Source: the human T2T-CHM13v2.0 reference genome, Homo sapiens. Taken from it: a DNA stretch of 64,000 nt. The position numbers and the translations under genes were made by a program. This document shows, in pieces, positions 15,140-27,391 of this stretch. The notes beneath the pieces were generated by a model. That model was not told the DNA's origin. It worked only from the letters and a program-made list of their open reading frames with translations, and ran no database searches. Within the stretch, counting starts at the first letter, position 1, and each line of letters starts with the position of its first letter. Location: the NCBI RefSeq assembly GCF_009914755.1, contig NC_060927.1. One strand, given 5' to 3'.

Positions 15140-15750
15140 GTACCACCTAGAGACTTATGGTTCAGGCCCTTATTAATTATTTTCTGAAATAGGATTCTAC
15201 TGATGTCCCAATATCTCTTTATCCATTACCCTATTGCCTTCACATTGCTGCTAGATTCATCTTTTTAAGGCAGATTTTTCAAAGTCATATTATTTCCTTG
15301 TTCAAACATTTTCAATGTTTGCCCATTGCTTGTAATTTAACGACAAAATCTTACCTAAGAATTCAAGATCCTCTACAATATGATTTATATCTCCTACTCC
15401 ATATACACAAATGTTGCTCTGCTTAAATTGTTCCCCTCTCTTTTGTACCCATTCTTCCCCTAACCGACCCCATTTTTTTCAACTTAAAGGGACGCTACAC
15501 CAACATCAAGGCTCATGCCAAATGCCATCTCATAGAAGCTGTTTCTGATCCCCATAATACATAAAATTTCCTTAAGACTTTTTTTTTCACACGGCTCTTG
15601 TGCCATTTCATTTTATATTTTAATCATTTGGTTATCATTTTATTTCACCCTTTTGGAATGCACCCTCTTGGAAGGAAAAGACAGTGTTCTGATGATCTAT
15701 TCTAGCACCTAACATATAGTGGATTATCATAAATGCTCAATTAAAAAAAC
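15140..15750 (+). mobile_element. L2 3' region
   Basis: ctagattcatctttttaag, aaatgccatctcatagaagc, ctagcacctaacatatagt...aaatgctcaat. Confidence 0.65.
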
Positions 15751-15983
15751 TGTTAGGTTAAACTAAGCTCTAAATATTGAACTAAAACATGAATGGACAT
15801 TAAAGTATTTATTTTCATTTTGGTTGATTCATAACCAGCCATGGTACAGTCATAGAAGTAGGGAGAAGGGTACTTGAGAAAAGGTGAAACATATATCCAT
15901 AAGAACTCAGTGTTGCGTATACAAAGCCTCATTACTTGGAAGCTGTTCACAGCTGAACAGACATTTAGTATAATTAATCAGTA

Positions 15984-16034
15984 CAGAGAGAGGGAGAAAA
16001 AGAGAGACAGAGGGAGACAGAGACAGAGACAGAA
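15984..16034. repeat. GA/GACA-rich simple repeat
   Basis: Direct reading. Confidence 0.8.
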
Positions 16035-16169
16035 AGATAATCTTAAACTAAAAACTTAACTGCTATAAGTAGGTATAATAGCCCAGATTTTTATTCTATT
16101 ATTAGAAAGTTCAATATTTTGGCAAGCAAAATATTTAATAGATGAATTAAAACAATTATTCAAAATCAC

Positions 16170-16390
16170 ATAATAATAATAGCTAACACTCATTGAATTT
16201 TTCCAATGTGCCATGCTGTAGGTAAACTGCATGCATTATATCTCTTAATCTTCCAAAAAGCCCTATGAAGTAGGCATTATTTCCCCCCATTTTATAGAAA
16301 AGAAAACTGAGGTTAGGCTACCCAGTGGGTAATTAATTGAGCCAGATTCACACCTGGGTCAGTCTTGCTCCAGAGCTCATGCTCTTCCTA
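16170..16390 (-). mobile_element. MIR SINE
   Basis: taataatagctaacac...cccattttatagaaaagaaaactgagg...ccagagctcatgctctt. Confidence 0.8.
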
Positions 16391-19300
16391 TTTTATTTTT
16401 ATTCCCTCCCAAATGATCTATTTTCCCATCAGTTTTCCATAGCTTTTCAGTTTTAGAAATTTTCAAGTTGAGAGCCATGCTAAGGCATCTGCCTGGTGAA
16501 GACCAGGAAATGAGTCATTTTCCAGATCAGGGTGAAGTTCATAGTCCCTGTGCACCACAGACAGACCATCCTATTCATCATCTCCTGTACATTTAAGCTC
16601 CATTGCCTCCTTTTACCATAAACATTAACAAATTAGGACAATAAGGCTGGAGTTTGCAGCTTAAATTCAACCAAGAAAAAATAATTTGGGATTCTTTGTT
16701 TGCCAGATGTGCATGATAGGCTGATAATCAGGAAAAGGGAAAATTCACCATCACTGTCGGTGTGGTAGGTTTTAAAGTGTGACCTCATCATTCCATTCTG
16801 GGGATGTAAAATGTGTTCAAAGACTTATCTATAACGTCTGAAAGTATAAACCTCATAGAAAAACAAAGTTGAATTTTTTTAAAAGTGACTGGAGTATTAG
16901 AAATATTTTTAAAAATCAATCCACTTCAGCCAGGATGACATCATAATGTAATCATTGAAAGTAATTTATTAAAAATAATCTGAACAAGCCCCTCAAACTG
17001 ACTTCTAGTTCCCATTTTAAAGGAGATAAATTGGGACCTGGAGCTGCTACGTTAAATATTCAGCCAGATAAGAAGTGTGTTTGCTTTGTGACAGACCCCT
17101 TGAAATGGGGTTTGTTAAAATGAATGCACTGCATTCACAGAAACAGAAGCGCTTCTGGGTCCTGCTGGCAATAAATCCAGCAATTCGATTTTACTTGGAT
17201 GTTTATCATCTCTCTCCTTCTGTGCACCGCAATGCGAAGGGGGAGGGGAGACGGCTGTAGTTCAGCTTACAGGCTGCTGGTGTCATCCCATTACCACAGA
17301 ATGAAGATGGTGCATGGCGTGTTGCTATTCAAGCATTTAATACATTAGTCTGTAATTTTTGTCTTGGAGGTAATGAGGCCTGACAGCTTCGGCTGGTGCA
17401 TGATAACAAACCCACACTGGTATCTTTCAAATTCTTCGTTGCCAAATTCATAAAGGAAGAAATGACTTTTGCAAGATGACAGTAAACATGCTTCATTTTA
17501 TAAGACATTGTGGTTAACAACCTGAAACAATGAAGTATTTTTTTTGAGCTATAGCTAAACTAATTTGAGCTATATTAAAAGTGCTGATGTGGATGCCAAG
17601 CCATTGCTTTTTTTGCTTTTGTTTTTGGCTTGTTTTCTTTTTGGTTAGGGGGAGGAAACTCAGGAAAACATACATAGCTTAATTCTCAGAGTTTGACAAT
17701 GGTCATAATAATGATGGTAATAAAGAGTTCTGCCAATAGTTCCCTCCCTAGGGCCTTATCTTGAAAAATAAAAAGAAATCAAGCAAGATGGGTTCTTAGA
17801 AAGGCTGGGATTGCCGCACAGCGTTGTCACTTCAGTACACAGATCAGCTGCCGTGGAAGACAGGAGACAGACTGCTGATGAGCACCTCAGTGGAGTATCA
17901 TGGCTTTTCAGTGACAGTGAAGTGCAAACGGGCTTTCAGGCAACTGAGAAATCTTTGGAAAAAATTTGTTTTAACACCCTCTGACAACTGGTTTTTAAGC
18001 ATAATCATTGGAAGAAACCCATTGCAGGAATCATTTTTAGTTGAAATTAGCTGACAAATCCAAGGCTCATGGGGAGTAACTGGCATTTGAATTGTGGAGT
18101 CTTGCCAAATGCAATAAGAAACACATTTACTAGGAGTAAATATTCCTGTACCCCATCAACCAGGGTTAAAGAAGGGGCCCACTGTTCAGACACACACTTT
18201 TCTCTTTTTGAAAGCTCTGTTGAATCCTAAATGCAAAGTTCTAAAAAAGAAGACCGGAATAGAAATGATGAACAAAGGCAGGTCTAAGAGGAATGACATT
18301 ACCAGTTCAAACAATAAAATTGTTCCCTCTGTTTAGAATAAAGCCATGCTATAGAGATGTGAAAAATTTGGAGATGAGAGAAAAGATGCATTGATTTGAG
18401 TATCTGTATTTGTAGGTACAAAAAGTTATTCATTGTGTTTTATTTAGCACTAATAATATAAATTAATTCTTGCTGATAATTATTTTTAAGAAAGAAGGAT
18501 TAATAACTTTAAAATTTTAAATTGAATCGAACAATCCTGGCATTATAACTGCTTTTTAAAGATAATCAGATTCCTGTAAGTTTATAAGCTAGAAGTCCTT
18601 AGAAAGAAAATAGGGAAATCAATCTAGTCATCTAAGCAAAAGATTGTATAACAAGTGGGTACATTTTTCTAATAGAAAATACATTTGAAAAAGATGGCTT
18701 TCTACTTAATCACATCTTTCTTTACTGCAGATAGATTGTCTCCTTCAGAACTGTAAATGTTTTAGAGGATATCACTTGATGCAGCAGACAAAGAAATGTC
18801 CTAAAATGTTTCTAGGAAATATAAAAGCGTTCACATAAAATGAATAAGACTTTATGCTCAAGAACAATTATTAAATGTAGCAGTAGGCCAAACATTTTCA
18901 TACTGTTATTTCCAAAATCTTAGCCTTCAAGAATCCAAATGGAAAGTCATCATACCATAGACTCTGAGATTTTAAGCAAACTTTTATTTTGGCCTTACTT
19001 TCCTTATATTAAATAAGCACAAGCATTTTTAAGTAATCTTTTATATTTTTCCTAAATGTTCACCATAGCATAGACAGTTCACCTTGCACAAATGCATAGC
19101 TTTACTTAAAAGTTGTATTCATAGTTGAGTTTATTTTGTGTGATCGTGTTTGAAGGCAACTTGAAAGCAGATGTGAGGACCTACTTTTCCTCTTCTGAGA
19201 CACTGCTGTGACTCAAAATGCTATGGACCTCTTCCAGTAGTCTATAAGAAGGATTCCAAGACAGCCAAGGGAGTACCTAATAGGAGCACATGCACAGTCA

Positions 19301-20059
19301 GACTTGCAGGAGGATGCGGTAGGTTTTCAAGTTGACCTAGATAGTCTAGGGAAGACTAATGCCATGCTTCATCATCACAAAGACACAGAGAATGGTCTTT
19401 GAGTTGCATTTTTCTCCATTTACTAATAAGTAAATGTAAAGTTGGAATAAGACTGATATATAATTTCCATACCTCAGTTATTATTTTATTCCAAAGACAT
19501 TAGCAAACTGGCATGTTTATAAAGTATAATTACTATTGTGCTGAAGGGATTGGTAATTAACTTTAGGTTACTAACTTTAGGTTACTAAGTTCCTGGGAGT
19601 ATAGGAGTTTATACAGAAGCTACAATTCTTAAATATTCTCAAAAGGTCTCTTGTTTTAGGTGAGAAAATGGACTAAAGCTCTTCTCAAAGGTAAGACTTT
19701 ATCACATTTAAGGTAAGACAGTGTAAGTAAAATTAATAAAATTCTTGTTTTTCAATTATGATGTTGATGGATAAAAATCTTAGAACATTAATTGAGATAC
19801 CATATCTGTCAGGAAGGAATTCATTTATGGGAAAAAATTGGAGACAAATTTTTAAATCATACTGATCCAGAAACCTTGGAAATATGATTATTGCATTGTT
19901 TTGAATTGAGACAGCAAGATTGTATTTTGCCAAAACCTAGAGTAGTGTCAGTGGTTGTTACTTTCATTATCAATATCCTCCATTATCCACACTTTATTCT
20001 TTCTTTATCCCTTCTTTCCTTCTGTTTCAATTCACATTTTATTCATATATACTGTGTGC

Positions 20060-20283
20060 CAAGCACCAGTATATATGCTAGGGATATATATACTGCTAAG
20101 TAACTATATATATGCTAGGGATATATATATATATATATATATATATGAATATATATACATATATATAAGATATATACATATATATATATATAAATATGTA
20201 TATATTTGAGCAGTATGGTCATTATACAAGCATATTATACAAGCACCAGTATATAAGCTAGAGATATATATACTGCTAAGTAA
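20060..20283. repeat. (TA)n expansion flanked by a 44-bp direct repeat, inside a minus-strand L2 remnant
   Basis: caagcaccagtatata(t/a)gctag(g/a)gatatatatactgctaagtaa at 20060-20103 and 20240-20283. Confidence 0.85.
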
Positions 20284-20383
20284 ATGCTAGGGATAAGTGG
20301 TGAAATGTTAGTCATAGTTCCTTCAATCATGATATGTACAGCATGTTGGAAGGGCAGGCTGTTAACAAGTTTTAAAAAGGCGA

Positions 20384-20693
<310 letters not shown>

Positions 20694-20695
20694 TC

Positions 20696-21418
20696 AATAT
20701 TTTTCCATTTATTTGTGTTGTCTCTAATTTCTTTCAGAAATATTTTATAGTCCTGTATTTCACTTCTTTGGTTAGCTGTATCCCTAGTTATTTCATTTTC
20801 TTTGTGGCTATTTTAAGTGGGATTGTTTTCTTAATTTTACTCTCAGCCTGGACGTTGTTGGCAAGTAGAATTCTATTGATTTTTGCACATTGATTTTGTA
20901 TCTTGAAACTTTGCTAAAGTCACTTACTAATTCTAGGAGCTATTTGGCCAAGTCTTTAGGATCATCTAGGTATACAATCATATCATCAGGGAAGAGAGAT
21001 AGTTTGGCTTTTCCTTTTCCTCTTTGGATGCCTTTTATTTTTCTTGCCTGATTGCCCTGGCTAGGACTTCCAGTATGATGTTGAATAGGATTGGTGAGGG
21101 AAGGCATCGTTGTCTTGTTCCAATTCTCAAGGGTAATGGTTTGAGTTTTTGCCCATTCAGTATGATGTTGGCTGTGGGGTTGTCATAGATGGCTTTTATT
21201 ATTTTGAGGTATGTTTCTACAATGGCCTAGTGTGTTGAGTGCTTTTTAACATGAAAAGATATTGGATTTTATCAAAAGCTTTTTCTATATCTATTGAGAT
21301 GATCAAATTGGTTTTGCTTTTGATTATGTTTATGTGGTGATCACATTTATTGATTTACATATGTGGAACCAGCCTTGCATTCCAGGAATAAAGCCTACTT
21401 GATTGTGGTGGATTAACT
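20696..21418 (-). mobile_element. Inverted 5' segment (ORF2 RT region) of a twin-primed L1
   Basis: Antisense ORF2 (gcctgattgccctggctaggacttcc, gcccattcagtatgatgttggctgtggg); contiguous in L1 coordinates with the sense part starting at 21417. Confidence 0.85.
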
Positions 21419-23452
21419 CATGAATGGGAAGAATAAATATCATAAAAATGGTCATATTGCCCAAAGCAATTTACAGATTCAGTGCTATTTCTATCAAACC
21501 ACCAAAATCATTCTTCCCAGAATTAGAAAAGACTGTGCTAAAATTCGTATGGAACTAAAAAAAAAGAGTTTGAATAGCCAAAGAAATCCTAACCAAAAAG
21601 AAAAAAAACTGGAGGCATCACACTATCTGACTTCAAAGTATGCTATAAAGCCACAGTAACTGAAACATCTTTGTACTGGTACAAAAACAGACATGCAAAC
21701 CAAGCAACAGAATAGAGAACCCAGAAATAAAGCCACACACCTACAACCATCCGATCTTCAACAAGGCTGACAAAAATAAGCAATGGGGAAAGGACACCGT
21801 ATTCAACAAATGGTGCTAGGATAATTGGCTAGCCATATGCAGAAGAATGAGATTGGATCCCTACATTTCACCATATAAAAAACTTACTCAAAATTAATTA
21901 AAGATTTCAATGTAAGACCTCAAACTATAAAAACCCTGGAAGACAACCTAGGAAATACTCTTCTCAATATCAGCCTTGGCAAAGAATTTTTGGCTAAGTC
22001 CCCTAAAGCAAATGCAGCAAAAGCAAAAATAGACAAGTGGGACCTGACATGATTTGGCTCCATGTCCCTACCCAAATATCATGTTGAATTGTAATCCCAA
22101 GTGTTGGAGGTAAGGCCTAGAGGGAGGTGATTGGATTATGGGGGTGGTTTCTAATGGTTTAGCAGCATTTCCCTAGTGCTGTCTGGTGATAGAGTTCTCA
22201 CAAAATCTGGATGTTTGAAAGTTTGTAGCACCTGCTTCTTCTTTCTCTCTCCTGCCCACCATGTGAAGATGTGCTTGCTTTGCCTACACCTTTTGACATG
22301 ATTGTAAGTTTTCTGAGGTCTCCCCAGAAGCAGAAGCCTGTGTAGCCCACATAACCATGAGATGATTAAGCCTATTTTCTTTATAATTACCCAGTATCAG
22401 GTATGTCTCTATAACTGTGTGAGAACAGACTAATACAGGACCTAATTAAAGAGCTTCTACACAGCAAAAGAAATTATGAACAGAGCAAACAGACAACCTA
22501 CAGAATGGGAGAGGATATTGCCAAACTATGCATTTAACAAAGGCCGTAATATCCAGAACCTTTAGGGATCTTAAACAAATCAACAAGCATAAAACAAATA
22601 ACCCCATTAAAATATGAACAAAGGACACAAACAGACACTTCTCAAAAGAAGATATATAAGTTGCCAACAAACATATGAAAAATGCTCAGTGTCACTAATC
22701 ATGGAGAAATGCAAGTCAAAACCACAATGAGATTACCATCTCATACCAGTCAGAATAGCTATTATTAAAAAGTCCAAAAAAACAAAAACAAATGCTGTTG
22801 GAATGCTTACACACTGTTGGTGGGAATGTAAATTAGTCGAGCCACCATGGAAAACAGTTTGGAGATTTCTCAAAGAACTTAAAACAGAGCTACCATTTGA
22901 TCCAGTAATCCCATTCCTCGGTATATATCCAAAAGAAAATAAATTATTCTACCAAAAAGACACATGCACTCACATCTCATCGCAGCACTGTTCACAATAG
23001 CAAAGACATGGAATGAACCCACATGCCCATCAGTGGTACACTGGATAAAGAAAATTTGGTACATATATAACATGGTATACTATGCAGCCATAAAAAATGA
23101 AATCATGTCTTTTGCAGCACCATTGATAGAGCAGGAGGCCGTAATTCTGAAATGAATGAACACAGGAACAGAAAACCAAATACTGCATCTTCTCACTTAT
23201 AAGTGGGAGCTAAGCATTGAACACACATGGACATAAATACGGGAACAATAAAAACTGTGGACTACTAGAAGTTGGAGGGATGGGGGATTTTAAAACTACC
23301 TATTGGATACTATGCTCGCTACCAGGGTAACAAGATCTATACTCCAAACCTCAGCATTAAACAGTATTTCCATGTAACAAACCTGTGTATATATCCCCAG
23401 TATCTAATATAAAAGTTGAAGTAAAAATATAAAAGTATTAAAAGAAAAAAAA
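21417..23452 (+). mobile_element. L1PREC2/L1PA17-like sense 3' segment with poly(A)
   Basis: Decayed ORF2 ([10 protein letters not shown]...), 3'UTR actacctattggatactatgctc...ccaaacctcagc...ataaaagttgaa, A tail. Confidence 0.8.
22045..22437 (+). mobile_element. MSTA-like MaLR solo LTR nested in the L1
   Basis: TG...CA termini (tgacatgatttggc...gactaataca); 5-bp TSD GGACC at 22040-22044 and 22438-22442. Confidence 0.88.
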
Positions 23453-25339
23453 CAGAACCAACCCCTCGTATTTCAATAGTCATTTCCTCTTGGGTTCCAT
23501 TAATTTCTTCAACAAAAATTTACTGGTCACAATTACAAGCTTATCAACATTCTAGACACTGATGATCTGCCTCCTTTCCCATTATTCTATAATGCCTCTA
23601 CCATTCTCAAATTCCTGTCTTCTTAGAAAGTGCTTTGCTTTCCTGACTTAAAAAAACATCAAACTCTTCTTTGAGGACCTTACAGTTTTTTGTTTTGTTT
23701 TGTTTTGTTTTTACTATAGCCTTGTTTCCTTGCACCCTGATATCCCAGGAAGCAGGAGTGGTGTTAGTGCATTTATTCCTTCATTCATTTGTTCAGCAAA
23801 CATCTATTCAGCAAATGTTTATTGAACAGACATCTAATGAATGTATAAGCTTTGACTGGCACTGACTTAGGTTCTTCCTTTTATGTTCTCTTTGCTCCTG
23901 TCTCCACTTTGATGCTCTTCTACTTTCAGATATATGCCACTCCAATACAGGTGGCTCCAGTGCCCCTCTTGTTGCTGTTTTCTTCTAATCTCTCAGTAAA
24001 TCTGCCTTCTTCTTTGGTGGCCTTGACCCTTGACCTGTACTCTATCCTCTTTAAGGATCTTTAAACATTTAAAGATTTAAGACATCTTTAAGGATAATCT
24101 CTGGATCCATATTAGTAAATGTATGTTCTCCTAAGTCTATTGAAGAATTTATTATTCATTTATTTCTCCCTACAAATAAATATCACTTGATGTATTTCTT
24201 CTACAAAGAGCAAAATGAACTGGGTACAAAATTAACTTTAACTGGTGTTAAATATATTGAATTTTCAAATTTTTCTTGGTATTTAAGAAAGTTGTATCCT
24301 AATCATGAGCACTGTATTTGTCTACTTGACAATATATTACCCTAATATTTAAGGGTTTTATTTTTTAAGAGACTGAAAAAATATGATACTTAAATCTATT
24401 CACAGTGTGTATCTGTGACTTTCCCAAGATGATTGAACCAATATTTCAAGTAAAAATATGAATTAGGTTTATGAACATTTAAAGGGACAGTCTTATTATT
24501 TTATTAAGACCAATAAAGAAAATAAAACTTGATTAACAACAGTATGTAGCCATAAAACTTTCAATTTGTTAGTTACAAAGTTACAATGAATAGTTCATTC
24601 AAAAATCTTAATGGGATGTACTATTAAATTGGTCTTCACTATAAGTTATTACTTTGAGGATTCATATTTAGAATAACCTCCTTGAAAATTTTAGTGACTA
24701 TGTTAAAATTTGGTTACATGATATATCATTCAATTAATTAACTCCAGAGAGATAAAGTTTCTTTTATTGTAGAAGTAGTCCCTTTTGAAAGCAATGAAAT
24801 TTAGTTTATAACTAAATTAAATTCATACCATATTTGCTTGAAATATAAACTCAGCATACTAATGACAGACATGTTGAAGATACCTGATGTTAACAGGTTT
24901 AAATGTGGCATTGCTATCATGTTGATAGATAGTAAATTCTGTCTGTACAATAGCTGATGATATCTGGCAATTCACTTATACTAAAAATTAGGCATATTTC
25001 TCTCCAGTAACGTGAAAGTGCAAACATCCTTTCTGTGGACAATAGCCTAGAACAATTTGTAATTCATTGGGATTTATAAATCTATAAATATTATTTACAA
25101 GGATGACCTAATCATTGGATTTGTATCAAAAAAAGATTTATCAGAGAGGAACATAGAATACTTCTGAGAAATATTATATCAGTTACTTTTGCTTCCTGAG
25201 ATAAAATGCAATAGCAAACTCAAGTTAGATCTGAATTTGAGATTTCATGTTAGTAAATTTTGGTTTATTACATTTGTAAAAATATTCTTAGTATTTTAAA
25301 ATGATTTCATGTTCTGATTTAATTTGTTTGGCTTTTTAT

Positions 25340-25668
25340 TTTTATTTTATTTATTTGTTTATTTTTGTGAGACAGAGTCTCACTCTGTCACCCAGACTGG
25401 AGTGCAGTGGTGCAATCTCAGCTCACTGCTAGCTCCACCTCCCGGGTTCACACCACTCTCCTGCCTCAGCCTCCTGAGTAGCTGGGACTACAGTCACCGG
25501 CCACCATGCCCGGTTGGTTTTTTTTTCTTTTTTCTTTTTTTTGTATTTTTAGTACAGATGGGGTTTCACCGTGTTAGCCAGGATGGTCTCGATTTCCTGA
25601 CCTCATGATCCACCCACCTCGGCCTCCCAAAGTGCTGGGATTACAGGATTGAGCCACCGTGCCTGGAC
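25340..25668 (-). mobile_element. Diverged AluY/Sc8-like
   Basis: accgtgttagccaggatggtctcgat and gggttcacaccactctcc; TSD-like ttggctttttat on both sides. Confidence 0.85.
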
Positions 25669-25829
25669 CTATTGGCTTTTTATCTTAAGTTGACTCAGAA
25701 AGACAAATTTTTAAGATGAAAAAAAATTTACGTGGTAAACACCTCAATCCCAAAACTCAGATATACAATGTATTTCCCATTATTTATCTTTTCTTTAAGT
25801 TGATTTATCAATCTTTCATTCTTTCAGTA

Positions 25830-26660
25830 AACTTCACTTGATCATGATATAGGTATGTATTGCTAAGTTATGTTTACTAACATCTTATTTGTAATTTTTG
25901 CAACTATGTTCATGAGAGAGACTCATCTATAATTATACTTTCTTTGGTCCCTATCAGGTTGTGAAATCAAGATGTGCTTTCTTACAAATGTGTTGAGGAA
26001 CTTTTTATTTTTCTTTCTTTATTATTAAAAGGATTTATGTTAGATTGGCATTATCTCTTCCTTGAATGTTAGGAAAAACTCATGGGTTAAAACATATGGG
26101 GCTACAGTAATAATTTTGGAAAAGTTTTAAATAATATATTCAATTAGATATTTATATGTTTTAATTTTCTATTTTCTATTTGGTCAGTTTTAGTAAGTTA
26201 TATTTTTAAAAGATTTTGTCCATTTCCTCCGAATTTTCAAATTTATTGGTGTAAAATTATTTGTAATATGTTTACTTTCCTTTTAAAGTCTATAGTTCCC
26301 TTTTGTCTTCTTTATATTGGTAACTTGTACCTTCATTCTTTTATTCTTGCTCAATCTTATGACTAATTTCTAAATTTTATTGATCTTTTAAAATAATCAT
26401 CAACTATTTTTTAACTTCTAATATTACGTTAATTATCTATTTAATGGGTTACTGGTTTTCCCTTTCTTGTTTTCTTTTTTCTATTCTTAAGGTTTGATTA
26501 GTTGTTCCAGTTCTAACTTCTTGCAAAAGAAGCTTAGATTTTTGAAATTTTAGCCTTTCTTCCTTTCTTATATATACAGTTAACTCTATAATGTTTCCCT
26601 TCATCACTACTTTGACTGTGTCTCACAGTTCTTAGTATGTTATATATTCATTATCCTTTG
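25830..26660 (-). mobile_element. Old L1M ORF2 fragment
   Basis: Antisense ORF2-type motifs (tatgttcatgagagag, tttgtccatttcctccgaattttcaaatttattgg). Boundaries approximate. Confidence 0.6.
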
Positions 26661-26952
26661 AGTTTTTTTAGTTATTTTGCTGGTATCCAGACTGGAGTGC
26701 AGTGGTGGGATTATGGCTCACTGCAACCTTGACCTGGACTAAAGCAATCCACCTGCCTCAGCCTCCTGAGTGGGTGGGATCACAGGTGTGCATCACCATG
26801 TTCGGCTAATTTTTTCTTTTTTTTTTCATTTTTGTACAGATGGTTTCTCACTATGTTGCTCAGGCTAGTCTCAAACTCCTGGACTCAAAAAATTCTCCCA
26901 CCTCAGCCTCTACAAGTGTTGGAAATACAGGCATGAGCCACCACACCCAGCT
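26660..26952 (-). mobile_element. AluJ
   Basis: tctcactatgttgctcaggctagtctcaaactcctggactcaa. Confidence 0.85.
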
Positions 26953-27391
26953 GTGTTAAAAATATTTTTAAAAATTACATCAATTTTCCATCCAAAAATT
27001 GTTTCAATTCATTTTTGCTCCTAATTTTTCTTTCTCTACCTGTTTGACAAAGTGTTAATAAAGTGTTTGTAAGACATGTTTTCCTGCTTGAAAAAATGTA
27101 GTTTATTATTATCGAAGTCATTATGATTTTCTAGATGAGATGGCAATGAAAATTTTTTTAGCAGGAATCAGTAAATAAGTGGGTATACATTACATAATAT
27201 AAACTATGATATTTTTTACTTGTCAGCAAAGTTATACTGACATTGGGAAGGTTTGTTTGTTGGGTTTGTGTGTTGTGTTGTTTCAGAAAACACATTCATT
27301 AAATGTTATAAGGCAATACTAAAATTTACATAAATATATATTTCCATTATGAGTATGCATTTATTTTTAAGAATTTTAAGTGTACATATAT

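Noticed and set aside
17831-17852. REST/RE1-like ttcagtacacagatcagctgcc
   Set aside because: Mismatches in both conserved half-sites.
17870-17950. C/D box snoRNA-like TGATGA...CTGA spacing
   Set aside because: The C box lacks the 5' purine, there is no terminal stem, and I see no recognisable guide sequence.
19557-19588. Short tandem duplications (here and at ~5730, ~9300, ~24050, ~30050)
   Set aside because: Ordinary 10-20 bp slippage duplications; not arrays and not CRISPR-like.
23780-23845. Hairpin gttcagcaaacat...atgtttattgaac as a miRNA precursor
   Set aside because: Short imperfect stem explained by L2 3'-end sequence; no further support.
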